Below, piece after piece: positions 31,186 to 40,521 of a stretch of 64,000 nucleotides of DNA (positions are counted from its first letter, which is position 1; each line of letters starts with the position of its first letter). The DNA comes from Candidatus Methylacidiphilales bacterium (GTDB lineage Bacteria; Verrucomicrobiota; Verrucomicrobiia; Methylacidiphilales; JBCBYL01). Location: positions 1,228 through 65,227 of the forward strand of contig JBHJOR010000032.1 of assembly GCA_050329585.1 (NCBI GenBank), read 5' to 3'. The notes under the pieces were generated by a model that was not told the origin of the DNA, did no database searches, and saw nothing but the letters and a program-made list of their open reading frames with translations. Both the position numbers and the translations under genes were made by a program.

Positions 31186-31982
31186 ACAGCTACGAGGATT
31201 TGCTGCGGCATGTTTGGACTCAAGGCAAGGAGCGACGGGATCGGACCGGAGTCGGAACCCGTTCCATTTTTGGCGCACAACTACGCTTCGACCTGCGACA
31301 AAGCTTCCCGCTGATCACGACTAAGAAAGTCCATCTCAAGTCGGTTATTTACGAGTTGCTCTGGTTCCTGCGGGGTGACACCAACACCGCCTATCTCAAC
31401 GATAACGGGGTCACCATCTGGAATGAATGGGCCGATGAGCAAGGCGATCTCGGCCCGGTTTATGGCAAGCAGTGGATACAATGGGAAGGACCGGATGGCA
31501 TGGTGATCAACCAGATTGAACGGATCGTCGAAACGATCCAAAACGATCCCTGGAGTCGTCGGCTTATCGTCAACGCCTGGAATGTAGGCGAACTGAATCG
31601 AATGGCTCTGACGCCCTGCCATGCCCTTTTTCAATTTTATTGTGATCCCGAGGCGGGGGAAGTGAGCTGCCAGCTTTACCAGCGCAGCGCGGATGTATTT
31701 CTGGGTGTTCCTTTCAACATCGCTTCCTACGCTTTATTGACTCAGATGGTCGCTCAAGTGACCGGCTACCGGGCGGGTGATTTTGTTCATACCTTTGGTG
31801 ACGCCCATGTGTATTTGAATCACGAGCAACAGGTGCATGAACAGCTTTCCCGAACACCACGAGCCTTTCCGGTCATGCGATTGAATCCCGAGGTGCTGAA
31901 CATCTTCAACTTTGAATACACGGACTTTAACCTTGAGGGATATGATCCTCATCCCGCCATCAAGGCGCCCATCGCGGTGTGA
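31182..31982 (+). CDS. thyA: Thymidylate synthase (ThyA type)
   Basis: [42 protein letters not shown] catalytic Cys, full-length similarity. The ORF-track upstream extension was rejected. Confidence 0.97.
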   Translation: MNSYEDLLRHVWTQGKERRDRTGVGTRSIFGAQLRFDLRQSFPLITTKKVHLKSVIYELLWFLRGDTNTAYLNDNGVTIWNEWADEQGDLGPVYGKQWIQWEGPDGMVINQIERIVETIQNDPWSRRLIVNAWNVGELNRMALTPCHALFQFYCDPEAGEVSCQLYQRSADVFLGVPFNIASYALLTQMVAQVTGYRAGDFVHTFGDAHVYLNHEQQVHEQLSRTPRAFPVMRLNPEVLNIFNFEYTDFNLEGYDPHPAIKAPIAV

Positions 31983-32497
31983 AGCCCACAGAACGCATGT
32001 CCTTTCCTGATTCCGTTACGTCATCCGGGGCCCACCGCACCGCCATCGCGGCCATGGCGCGCAATCGTGTGATCGGCAAAGAAGGAGGGCTGCCGTGGCA
32101 CCTGCCGGAGGATTTGCGATTCTTCAAACGGACGACGATGGGACACGCTCTGCTGATGGGGCGAGCTACGTTTCAGGGCCTGGGACGCGCCTTGCCGGGA
32201 AGAAGAACCTACGTCTTAAGCCGTCAGCCCGGCGTGGTGCAAGGCGTTCATTTTATCCGCAGTGTGGAAGAAGCCTTGGCACTGGATGAGCCTCTGCTGT
32301 TTGTGTGTGGCGGGGCCGAAATTTACCGATTGATGCTACCCCACTGCCACGAACTGTTGTTGACCCGCCTTCGGGATGACGCGGAAGGTGATACGCTCAT
32401 GCCGGATTTTGAAGATCTGTTTGTTTTTCATGAACGCCTTGAAGAAGGGGATCACTGGGTAATCGAGAAACATCTGCGAAAAGCCGGGGCATGTTGA
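31979..32497 (+). CDS. folA: Dihydrofolate reductase
   Basis: [46 protein letters not shown] overlapping the thyA stop, or ATG at 31997. Confidence 0.9.
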   Translation: MKPTERMSFPDSVTSSGAHRTAIAAMARNRVIGKEGGLPWHLPEDLRFFKRTTMGHALLMGRATFQGLGRALPGRRTYVLSRQPGVVQGVHFIRSVEEALALDEPLLFVCGGAEIYRLMLPHCHELLLTRLRDDAEGDTLMPDFEDLFVFHERLEEGDHWVIEKHLRKAGAC

Positions 32498-33639
32498 ACC
32501 GCTACGACTATCTCATCGTGGGAGCGGGCTACGCAGGCGCGGTGCTGGCCGAGAGGCTGGCTTCCCAGCGCGGCAAACGATGCTTGGTGGTAGATCGGCG
32601 CGATCACATTGCCGGCAACAGCTTTGATGAAATCAATGAAGCGGGAGTATTGACCCACCGGTATGGTCCGCATTATTTCCGGTCCAATTCATCCCGGATC
32701 ATCGACTACCTTTCCGCCTTCACGGCGTGGCATCCGGTGGATTACACCATCCTTTCCTGGGTGGATGGGTGCTATTGGCCTTTCCCGATTAATTTAAACA
32801 CCTTTGAGCAACTGGTGGGCCACCCTTCTACTCCTGAGGAAATGCAGGCTACGTTGGATCAATGGAAAGTTGCCATATCAGAACCCCAGAACTCCGAGGA
32901 AGTGATCGTTTCTCAAGTAGGCTGGAAGCTCTATGAAATGTTTTTTAAGAATTACACCCGCAAACAATGGAAACGCGATCCACGCGAACTGGATGCCAGT
33001 GTCTGTGGCCGCATTCCGATCCGCACCAACCGCGACAACCGCTATCTTCGCGAAAACTTTCAAGCTCTGCCCCGGGATGGATATACCGCCATGTTCCGGC
33101 GCATCTTGGATCATCCGTTTATCGAATTAAAACTCCGCACTGACTATCGGGAACTTCTCCCACATATCGAGTATGGTCACCTCATTTACACCGGGGCGAT
33201 TGATGACTATTTTGATTATGTAGAAGGCCCGCTGCCCTATCGCTCTCTGCGTTTCGAACCCGAACATTTTGATGCCGAGGCATTGACACGTCGTCAATCC
33301 ATCTCGGGTAAGCCCGGCTTTTGGCAGCCCGCCATGCAAGTCAACTATCCCAACGACGAGGATTTTACCCGCATTGTGGAAATCAAGCATGCCACGGGTC
33401 AGGAATGTGAAAACACGACCATTGTGCGTGAGTATCCAGAGGATTACGCCCCCGGCGGTGAGGCGTATTATCCGATTCCGGCTTCCGACTCCAAAAGGAT
33501 CTATGATCGTTATTATGAACGGGCCCAAGCGGAAAAGGGAGTCAGCTTTGTTGGCAGGCTGGCCACTTACCGATATTACAACATGGATCAGGTGGTGGGG
33601 ATGGCGCTGGCAGAGTTCGACCGGCTCGGAGCAAGGTGA
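32491..33639 (+). CDS. glf: UDP-galactopyranose mutase
   Basis: YDYLIVGAGYAGAVLAERL (FAD fold), GPHYFRSN, YPIP..., RLATYRYYNMDQ C-terminus. Confidence 0.92.
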   Translation: MLNRYDYLIVGAGYAGAVLAERLASQRGKRCLVVDRRDHIAGNSFDEINEAGVLTHRYGPHYFRSNSSRIIDYLSAFTAWHPVDYTILSWVDGCYWPFPINLNTFEQLVGHPSTPEEMQATLDQWKVAISEPQNSEEVIVSQVGWKLYEMFFKNYTRKQWKRDPRELDASVCGRIPIRTNRDNRYLRENFQALPRDGYTAMFRRILDHPFIELKLRTDYRELLPHIEYGHLIYTGAIDDYFDYVEGPLPYRSLRFEPEHFDAEALTRRQSISGKPGFWQPAMQVNYPNDEDFTRIVEIKHATGQECENTTIVREYPEDYAPGGEAYYPIPASDSKRIYDRYYERAQAEKGVSFVGRLATYRYYNMDQVVGMALAEFDRLGAR

Positions 33640-33655
33640 GGCCCGTCATGCCGGG

Positions 33656-34597
33656 CTATTCTTTGACGGATCGCCATGAGTCGTAGCGTTCACGACAGGT
33701 TTCCACGTCTCTACGAATTTGATCTTTCAACGCCTCCACATCTGGAAATTTTTGTTCGGCACGTAGAAATTTCAACACCTGAAGTTGGAGATGTTGACCG
33801 TATAAATCGCTATGGAAATCGATCACATGAGCTTCCACTGAACGGGTTTGATGTTTTCCCAGAGTAGGACGAAACCCGATGTTCAGTGCTACGGGATGAG
33901 CTATGGCCTGAGCATCGATCCATTCTGCCAGATAAACTCCATCGGGAAGAAGACAGGTTTTAGCCAGTGAAAAATTAGCGGTAGGGAAGCCGATGTGCCG
34001 GCCATTACCTTCGCCCCTCACCACATGTCCGGTCAGTGGATAGGGGTGGCCCATCATACGCGTGGCTTCGTCCAGTTTTCCTTCCCGCAATAGCTCACGA
34101 ATACGGGTGCTGGAGATGGGTGTGGCACCGTCCATCATATAGTCCGTCAAATGAAACTGCACGCCGCGCTCGCGACACCAATCCGCCAAGGTGACCGGAG
34201 TTCCTGCCCGGCGGTGGGCAAATCGAAAATTAGGACCTACTGAGAGGGTAACCATATTCGGGAAGGCTACTGCGATAGCATCAAGGAACACTTCAGGACT
34301 GCTCATGGCCATGTCATTATTAAAATCCAAAACCGCAGTATGGCCGATCTTCCAGCTCTGAAGGATCGCAGTTTTTTCTTCAAGGGTGGTGATGAGATCA
34401 GGAGGCTTTTGTCCGGTCAGCACCGTCATGGGATGAGGCCAAAACGTGAGAACTGCTGTTTGCTCCAGATGATTGAGCGAGTGCGGATTGAGGATCACGG
34501 AACGATGCCCGAGGTGAAGTCCGTCAAAAAATCCGAGCGCAAGATGTCGAATGACACTCCCTTCGCAAGCGGAAGGATATCCTTGATAGAGATGCAT
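33656..34597 (-). CDS. ribF: Bifunctional riboflavin kinase / FAD synthetase
   Basis: LALGFFDGLHLGHRSVI, GFPTANF, EAHVIDFHSDLYG. Confidence 0.93.
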   Translation of the reverse strand: MHLYQGYPSACEGSVIRHLALGFFDGLHLGHRSVILNPHSLNHLEQTAVLTFWPHPMTVLTGQKPPDLITTLEEKTAILQSWKIGHTAVLDFNNDMAMSSPEVFLDAIAVAFPNMVTLSVGPNFRFAHRRAGTPVTLADWCRERGVQFHLTDYMMDGATPISSTRIRELLREGKLDEATRMMGHPYPLTGHVVRGEGNGRHIGFPTANFSLAKTCLLPDGVYLAEWIDAQAIAHPVALNIGFRPTLGKHQTRSVEAHVIDFHSDLYGQHLQLQVLKFLRAEQKFPDVEALKDQIRRDVETCRERYDSWRSVKE

Positions 34598-34638
34598 GGT
34601 GTTGCTTAGCAGGGGCGTGGCTCAATAGAATCGGAGAC

Positions 34639-35358
34639 TCATTGCCGGCGGATCCGCGAGATAGCAGGCATGCTCAACACATGACCCGCCAATTCTGCAT
34701 CGCTTTGTATGGTTTCCAGTTGTTGCCACCCCACTGCATCATCAAGCCTGAAGTTGCCTGAGCGGGTTCGCCGCAGTGCGGAGAGGTGACCGTGACATCC
34801 TAACGCATGGCCGATGTCATGGCAGTAAGTTCGAACATAAAATCCCTTGCTGCAGTGAAGACCAAACTGCACGCGGGGCAATTTCACTTCGTGGATTTGA
34901 TAGGAATAGACGTGAACAAAACGGGGCTCGCGGACAATTTCTTTTCCCTCTCTGGCCAACTTGTATAATGGAACTCCGTCGACCTTGATGGCGGATACCA
35001 TAGGTGGGATCTGATAAAAATCACCCAGGTATCGATTAAAAACCACCTTCAAATCTTCCTCACTCAGGTCGGGCACGGGATGTTCTTCGACGGTTTCTCC
35101 CTCGGCATCCTGTGTGGTGGTGGATCGTCCCAGCGTCAGGGTTCCTTCATAGTGTTTATCCTCGGACATCAACAAATCTTGCACTTTGGTGGCGCGACCA
35201 AGAACCAGCATCAGTAGTCCTGTAGCCATGGGATCCAAGGTGCCGCAGTGGCCCACTTTTTTGATACCGAAGCGTTTGCGAACAAAATGTACCACATCGT
35301 GCGAAGTGCGACCGGAGGGTTTGTCCACTAATAAAAGACCATCAATCTCAAAACTCAT
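34639..35358 (-). CDS. truB: tRNA pseudouridine(55) synthase
   Basis: GLLLVDKPSGRTSHDVV, GHCGTLDPMATGLL catalytic Asp motif. Confidence 0.93.
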   Translation of the reverse strand: MSFEIDGLLLVDKPSGRTSHDVVHFVRKRFGIKKVGHCGTLDPMATGLLMLVLGRATKVQDLLMSEDKHYEGTLTLGRSTTTQDAEGETVEEHPVPDLSEEDLKVVFNRYLGDFYQIPPMVSAIKVDGVPLYKLAREGKEIVREPRFVHVYSYQIHEVKLPRVQFGLHCSKGFYVRTYCHDIGHALGCHGHLSALRRTRSGNFRLDDAVGWQQLETIQSDAELAGHVLSMPAISRIRRQ

Positions 35359-35421
35359 AGTTGCCTATCAAAGGGAATCCTCACTTGCCAGCCAAGGGCG
35401 AAAGCAAAAGTGATGTAGATA

Positions 35422-36204
35422 TTATTTTCTTCCGAAGGGCCAGATGTTTTTCGGGTTGGGTTCCGTGGCGTCGGTCTGGATGCTTTTAAATTCTGATGCC
35501 ACGGCGGAGGCGCGCACCGGAAGCTGTATTTTCTGGGTTTCGGATCCAAAGGTGAAGGGCACGGCCACTTTCGGATCGCTCAATTCCGAAGTGGAGCTTA
35601 AAGGTATGTATTGAAAGTGACACAGTCCCACTTGGATTAGATCGCCTACTCTTAATTTTTTGGCAGCCGTCATAGCCGCACCATTGAGATAGGTGCCGTT
35701 GAAGGAATCCAAATCATCTAAAAGATGGTTTTTTCCGTTCCACAGGATGCGGCAGTGCCGACCGGAAACCGAAACATCGGGCACCGTAATATCACACTCA
35801 TTACTCCGTCCGATAATGACCGTTTCGGTGCCCAGAGAAAAAAGCGCATTATCTAACGTGATAAACGCGAGGCCAAATTCACTTTGATCGATGTTCTCCT
35901 GAGGGGACTTGTGAGCTGCGGCGGCAGCTTCATCGGCTCTTTTGGCCCCTTCCAATAGCAAAAACTGAGTGCCTTGATGGATAGTTCGCGGAACCTGAAT
36001 TTCTTTTTCTTGAAAGGAAACCTCACACTTTTCACGCAACAGCATGGTAAAAAACGCATCTTCCCCCTCATTTTCTCCATAACGTGCGGAAGCTACCTCA
36101 CCATCTATAATGGTAATCCATCCTTCCAGCGTATCGCCCGTGTAGGATACCAAACCAGTGCGTTTGGCGGTTAGACAGAAGTGTAAGAGTTCGGCTAATT
36201 TCAT
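35422..36204 (-). CDS. DUF4388 (PATAN-like) plus FHA domain protein
   Basis: N-terminus LAELLHFCLTAKRTGLVSYTGD...GEVASARYGENEGEDAFFTML (DUF4388); C-terminus VIIGRSNECDITVPDVSVSGRHCRILWNGKNHLLDDLDSFNGTYLNG (FHA). Confidence 0.8.
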   Translation of the reverse strand: MKLAELLHFCLTAKRTGLVSYTGDTLEGWITIIDGEVASARYGENEGEDAFFTMLLREKCEVSFQEKEIQVPRTIHQGTQFLLLEGAKRADEAAAAAHKSPQENIDQSEFGLAFITLDNALFSLGTETVIIGRSNECDITVPDVSVSGRHCRILWNGKNHLLDDLDSFNGTYLNGAAMTAAKKLRVGDLIQVGLCHFQYIPLSSTSELSDPKVAVPFTFGSETQKIQLPVRASAVASEFKSIQTDATEPNPKNIWPFGRK

Positions 36205-36518
36205 GTCAAAACGATGAATGAGAGTAAGGCACCTTCTTCGTGCGTAATCTTTTTTGAGTGCTAAATTGTTCTGTAACCATCGTCGGCCATGACATCCCGA
36301 TCATTTTTTTACTGACGGGCTCAATTCCTCTCTCAAAATAGAAAAACCACAGAAAAGGAAAAGGATTATTCGGAAAATTGTTCGCTAGAAAAAAAACTTC
36401 TGTTAGAAGTACCTTTGACTTAATCGCGTTTACAAGTTAATACAGTGAAAAGCGTGTTAATAAATGTACTACCCAGCAGAAGCTGACGTCCTTAATTTGA
36501 GCCTTATCCATAAGCCCT

Positions 36519-38426
36519 ATGAGCCTATTTAGTAAAAATTCGCCTCCTAAGATGTTGGCCAAACCTACTATAGTAGGAGCAGGAAAACCTCCTGCTCCGC
36601 CCTCCAACATCAGTTCGGCGGATCAAGCTCCACGTAAGCGGATTACTCAGCGGCTGGTGCTGGGTGGAAAAGGGGTGGAGACTGGAGAAATAAATGTCGG
36701 TATGGGTTTAAAAATTCCGGGAGCTCCTGATCCGATAGTCAGCCAAATGATTCCAAGCATGGTGACGGGAGGCACTCTCGAAGTTCCGGTCGCATCACTC
36801 TTAGGCTACATTCCAGTAGAATTCGTCACGAGGGATCATGAATTCCTTTACCAATCCCCTCTGTCACAACAAATGGCATCCCTGCCCTTAGGTCAGATAC
36901 TCACTCTCTTGCCATCGGGGAAAATCGAGATTCTAGCTCATGAGCTATCCGCTAGCATGCCGCCGGGTGTGATGAAAAGTGCGGATGAATTGGGCGATTA
37001 CGCCTACAGTCCGGTTGCTCTTCCTCTTCAAGAAATCATCAGCCGTATTCCGGAAGAAGCACTCACACTTCGTTCCGACCAAAAACCGATTGATGACTCA
37101 GTGACGCGTATGGATGATCCTTTCTCTGCTGAAATGCTGGCCGCGGCACAGGAAGCATTGAGGCAACAACAAGAAGCGGGTGCATTTGATATCAACGAAC
37201 CTGAGGATATCCCCGTTGCCGCTCCTGCTATTCAGGAAGAACCACTTGCTGCTGAATACGCTGAAGCACCTGTTCTGGAATCCGAAGACGCCCCCGTTGC
37301 CATGGAGAGTGAGGAGGAACTTGAATCAGATTTATCCGATATCAATCAGGAGGACACGGTGGTCGGACTTCCCCATGAAGAGGAAGATAATGCCCCCGAT
37401 GCCTTAGATCTTTCATTCACCCAGTCAGAGGAATATCTCAAATTCTTGGCCCAGTCAGAAAGCGAAGGAATAGAAGCTGCCACCGCCACTCAAAATGAGC
37501 CCGAGCTACCTCCAGACCAGCCCTTCGAGGAGCCCATGGAAGAAGCACAATATGAAGAAGCGGACGTTTCTCCTGTGGATTACGCTGAAGAGGAGATTTC
37601 ACTCGCCCTACCACCCGATGATCTTTCCGACACCGAAGTAACCAAAATTATTCCACGTGCACCCATGGCCGGTGAAATCCCTTCCCCTGCCCCAACCGAC
37701 GCGGACAACCCTCTTTTCGCCCCTACCCGTGTCATAGCAAAGTCCAAGCCGGCTCATTCTCCTGCTCGTCCCATGCCGAACATTCAAGCCAAGGCCAGTG
37801 CTCCTCTCACCGGGTTCAAGTTGCCACCTCCCCCTTCCAGCAAAATATCCGCTCCCGCAAAAGCGCCATCCGCTATCACTCCTCCCCACTTCAATGCCCC
37901 ACCTCCCGCTGCGGCAAATCCAGCTTTTTCATTTCAAAAACAGGCGACGTTACCACCTCCACCTCCGACCTCGGCACCTCTAGTGGCAGCCGCTCCTTCG
38001 CACGCCGCCAGCGATCAACTGCTGAGCGACCGTTTGATTGGACTCTTAGGAATGCGGAACCAGAATCCCCCTACCCTCAAAGAAGTGGTCACCCAAATGA
38101 ATTCTTGGCCGGGTATGAAAGGTTGTATCGTGGGTGGAAAAGACGGACTAAAAATCAGCTCCGATATGGAGGATGATGCCTTCGCCAACTCGATTGCCGC
38201 CTTTGCTCCCAAATTGATCTCACGCATCACGGAAATTTTCCAAGACATGGGATTCGAAGAAGTTCAAGAGCTTCACACCCCCATCCGCGACTCAAGCGTG
38301 TATGTCTTCCGTGACCGCGATTTATATTTGATAGCACTCTTTAATGATGTGGCCTTTCCGGAATCCTACCGGTTGCACATCAAGGAAGTTCTGAAAGAAT
38401 TGAACACACTCAAACTGGGAGCATAA
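36519..38426 (+). CDS. Large low-complexity scaffold protein with a C-terminal Roadblock/LC7 domain
   Basis: 635 aa; N-terminal repeated hydrophobic-LP motifs, ~170-aa acidic segment, Pro/Ala-rich segment, then LKEVVTQMNSWPGMKGCIVGGKDGLKISSDMEDDAFANSIAAFAPKL...LYLIALFND (Roadblock-like). Confidence 0.7.
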   Translation: MSLFSKNSPPKMLAKPTIVGAGKPPAPPSNISSADQAPRKRITQRLVLGGKGVETGEINVGMGLKIPGAPDPIVSQMIPSMVTGGTLEVPVASLLGYIPVEFVTRDHEFLYQSPLSQQMASLPLGQILTLLPSGKIEILAHELSASMPPGVMKSADELGDYAYSPVALPLQEIISRIPEEALTLRSDQKPIDDSVTRMDDPFSAEMLAAAQEALRQQQEAGAFDINEPEDIPVAAPAIQEEPLAAEYAEAPVLESEDAPVAMESEEELESDLSDINQEDTVVGLPHEEEDNAPDALDLSFTQSEEYLKFLAQSESEGIEAATATQNEPELPPDQPFEEPMEEAQYEEADVSPVDYAEEEISLALPPDDLSDTEVTKIIPRAPMAGEIPSPAPTDADNPLFAPTRVIAKSKPAHSPARPMPNIQAKASAPLTGFKLPPPPSSKISAPAKAPSAITPPHFNAPPPAAANPAFSFQKQATLPPPPPTSAPLVAAAPSHAASDQLLSDRLIGLLGMRNQNPPTLKEVVTQMNSWPGMKGCIVGGKDGLKISSDMEDDAFANSIAAFAPKLISRITEIFQDMGFEEVQELHTPIRDSSVYVFRDRDLYLIALFNDVAFPESYRLHIKEVLKELNTLKLGA

Positions 38427-38432
38427 TCAGAC

Positions 38433-39059
38433 ATGGCTTTTATCAATTACTCTAAGCGGGAAATACAGCTTAAGATCGTTTATTACGGCTGCGCGTTGTG
38501 TGGGAAGACTACCAATCTGATCAATCTTCACGCCGGAATCAACAATACCCAAAAAGGAGAACTGGTTTCACTGGCTACCGATGCGGATCGCACCTTGTTC
38601 TTTGACTTTCTGAGCTTGAACACCAGGACGCTACCGGGGTTCGATACGCGCTTCCAGCTCTACACGGTTCCGGGACAGCCGGTTTATAACACCACCCGCC
38701 AGCTCGTTCTCAAAGGTGTCGATGGAATCGTTTTTGTGGTAGATTCCCATTGGGATAAGATGGAGGAGAATGTCGAATCGTTTGCCAATCTCCAAGAAAA
38801 CCTGATAGAAAACCACCTCAGCCTCGCCCAGATCCCCTACGTCATCCAATACAACAAACGAGACATCGAGAATCCCGCTCCCATGCACTATCTTGAATTT
38901 ACGTTCAATAACCGGGCCGCCAAAGTATTGTCATTCGAGGCTGCAGCTGTTAGCGGTGAAGGCGTTTTGAATACCCTCAACGGCATCGCACGCCTCTTGC
39001 TGGCTAAATACTCCAAATCTGCCGGCGGCACAAAATCCGTCCCCTCGGGCAACTCTTGA
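38433..39059 (+). CDS. mglA: MglA-type Ras-like small GTPase
   Basis: MAFINYSKREIQLKIVYYGCALCGKTTNL, DRTLFFDF, YTVPGQ and QYNKRD are collinear with Myxococcus MglA along the full length. Confidence 0.92.
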   Translation: MAFINYSKREIQLKIVYYGCALCGKTTNLINLHAGINNTQKGELVSLATDADRTLFFDFLSLNTRTLPGFDTRFQLYTVPGQPVYNTTRQLVLKGVDGIVFVVDSHWDKMEENVESFANLQENLIENHLSLAQIPYVIQYNKRDIENPAPMHYLEFTFNNRAAKVLSFEAAAVSGEGVLNTLNGIARLLLAKYSKSAGGTKSVPSGNS

Positions 39060-39071
39060 TAGAAAAATATT

Positions 39072-39536
39072 ATGGCCAGTATCGGAATGCTCTCCATTGA
39101 GGATCAAACTCAGATCGAATCACATCTGAAGGATTTCCTAGTCAAAGCTGAAAGCCGTTGGGCCGCTCTGGTGGATCGCGGAGGAAATCTCTTTGCGGAA
39201 CAGGGACAGACCGGGTCGCTGGACATGACGATCCTGTGTGCTCTAGCTGCCGGATCATTCTCAGCCACTCGTGAACTGGCTAAACGCCTTGGTGAGGGAG
39301 AGTTTAGTGCCCTTTATCATGAAGGCCACGGGGTTAGTATCCTGATGACCGCCTTAGAACATGAGTGTCTGCTGGTTACGGTCTTTAGCGGAGATACCAA
39401 CATTGGTTTGGTTCGATTTTATTCACAACAAACCGCCCCTCACCTTAACCATGTTCTGCAACGCGCCAGTGAGGCTCCGGAGCAAAGCCTGTTAATCGAG
39501 GCATCTCTCCATGATGGAGGCTCCATTATTTCTTGA
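39072..39536 (+). CDS. mglB: Roadblock/LC7 protein (MglB-like)
   Basis: 154 aa; WAALVDRGGNLFAEQG...LAAGSFSATRELAKRLG...HECLLVTVF has a Roadblock pattern; sits immediately after mglA. Confidence 0.8.
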   Translation: MASIGMLSIEDQTQIESHLKDFLVKAESRWAALVDRGGNLFAEQGQTGSLDMTILCALAAGSFSATRELAKRLGEGEFSALYHEGHGVSILMTALEHECLLVTVFSGDTNIGLVRFYSQQTAPHLNHVLQRASEAPEQSLLIEASLHDGGSIIS

Positions 39537-39546
39537 AACCCACGGA

Positions 39547-39849
39547 ATGGGCCCACTGCGTAACGCGGTTGGTCACCCTGACACGTTGGAAAGCACTGAC
39601 CTTTCACATGCTTTTGCAAAAAGCTGGCAGGTCATCGTCTGGAATGATCCGATCAACCTGATGAGCTACGTGGTGTATGTCTTCAAGAAGGTTCTGGGCT
39701 TCGGCGAACCCTTGGCAAAAAAACACATGCTTGAAGTTCACCAGCAAGGACGTAGTTGCGTCGCCCGGGAAACCCGGGAAAAAGCTGAGCACCTCATGTC
39801 TCAATTACGCCAACACGGTTTACAGGTAACACTGGAATCCAAAGATTGA
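39547..39849 (+). CDS. clpS: ATP-dependent Clp protease adaptor ClpS
   Basis: WQVIVWNDPINLMSYVVYVFKKVLGF...AKKHMLEVHQQGRS. An alternative start at 39511 would overlap mglB. Confidence 0.9.
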   Translation: MGPLRNAVGHPDTLESTDLSHAFAKSWQVIVWNDPINLMSYVVYVFKKVLGFGEPLAKKHMLEVHQQGRSCVARETREKAEHLMSQLRQHGLQVTLESKD

Positions 39850-39856
39850 TACGCTC

Positions 39857-40360
39857 ATGCAAATCCTGCGCACTTCACGCGGCATTGAGCTCATTCTCTT
39901 TCACGCGGAAGCCCACCTCTTCAAACAGTCATTAAATGAAATCCGTCATAACTACCAACAAGGATTGGACGAGTTACCCGACGGAGTCAAAAAATGGTGG
40001 TGCCAGCCCACCCCCGATATGGATCCTGAGGATGAAGCTTCCCTCAACCAGGAACTGCACCACGGTCGCTTCCAGCACATCAGCCTGATTGACGCTCTAC
40101 TCGTGCTACTGGACTCCGGTTCCGATTCGCCCAAGGTTATCCCCTTGGATATGTCTCAAGCTGATATATTGGTCATCCTAGTCAACGATCACAGGCTCTA
40201 TCTGGCCGGGCAGCACCAGATTGGCGAATCTGAAATGATTCAGGATTGGAACGACATCAAGCCCGGCCCGATGCAACATGCCCTCTTGCAAATACACTTT
40301 CTAGCTTGGATGTTGGAACTGCTGATCCTGCGATTATCCGGAGACGAGGGTTCCGAGTAG
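39857..40360 (+). CDS. Hypothetical protein, possibly DUF2017-like (ClpS-associated)
   Basis: 167 aa, 7 nt after clpS. My recollection is that DUF2017 genes follow clpS in other phyla, with a similar ...NDhRLxL... segment (ILVILVNDHRLYLAG). Not verified. Confidence 0.4.
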   Translation: MQILRTSRGIELILFHAEAHLFKQSLNEIRHNYQQGLDELPDGVKKWWCQPTPDMDPEDEASLNQELHHGRFQHISLIDALLVLLDSGSDSPKVIPLDMSQADILVILVNDHRLYLAGQHQIGESEMIQDWNDIKPGPMQHALLQIHFLAWMLELLILRLSGDEGSE

Positions 40361-40371
40361 TCAGCACCAAC

Positions 40372-40444
40372 TGGCCCCGCGGGGATTCGAACCCCGAACC
40401 AAAGGATTATGAGTCCTCTGCTCTAACCGTTGAGCTACAGGGCC
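40372..40444 (-). tRNA. tRNA with CAU anticodon (elongator Met or Ile2/lysidine)
   Basis: Manual cloverleaf: GGCCCTG TA GCTC AACGGTTA GAGC A GAGGA CTCATAA TCCTT TGGTT CGGGG TTCGAAT CCCCG CGGGGCC A; 73 nt, CCA not encoded. Confidence 0.9.
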
Positions 40445-40521
40445 GCAGAGATATGAATATAGCAGTGCCAGTGCATCGGTAAATCCTTTTTAAATTTCCA
40501 ATGCTGTGCTACGGTTAAATA

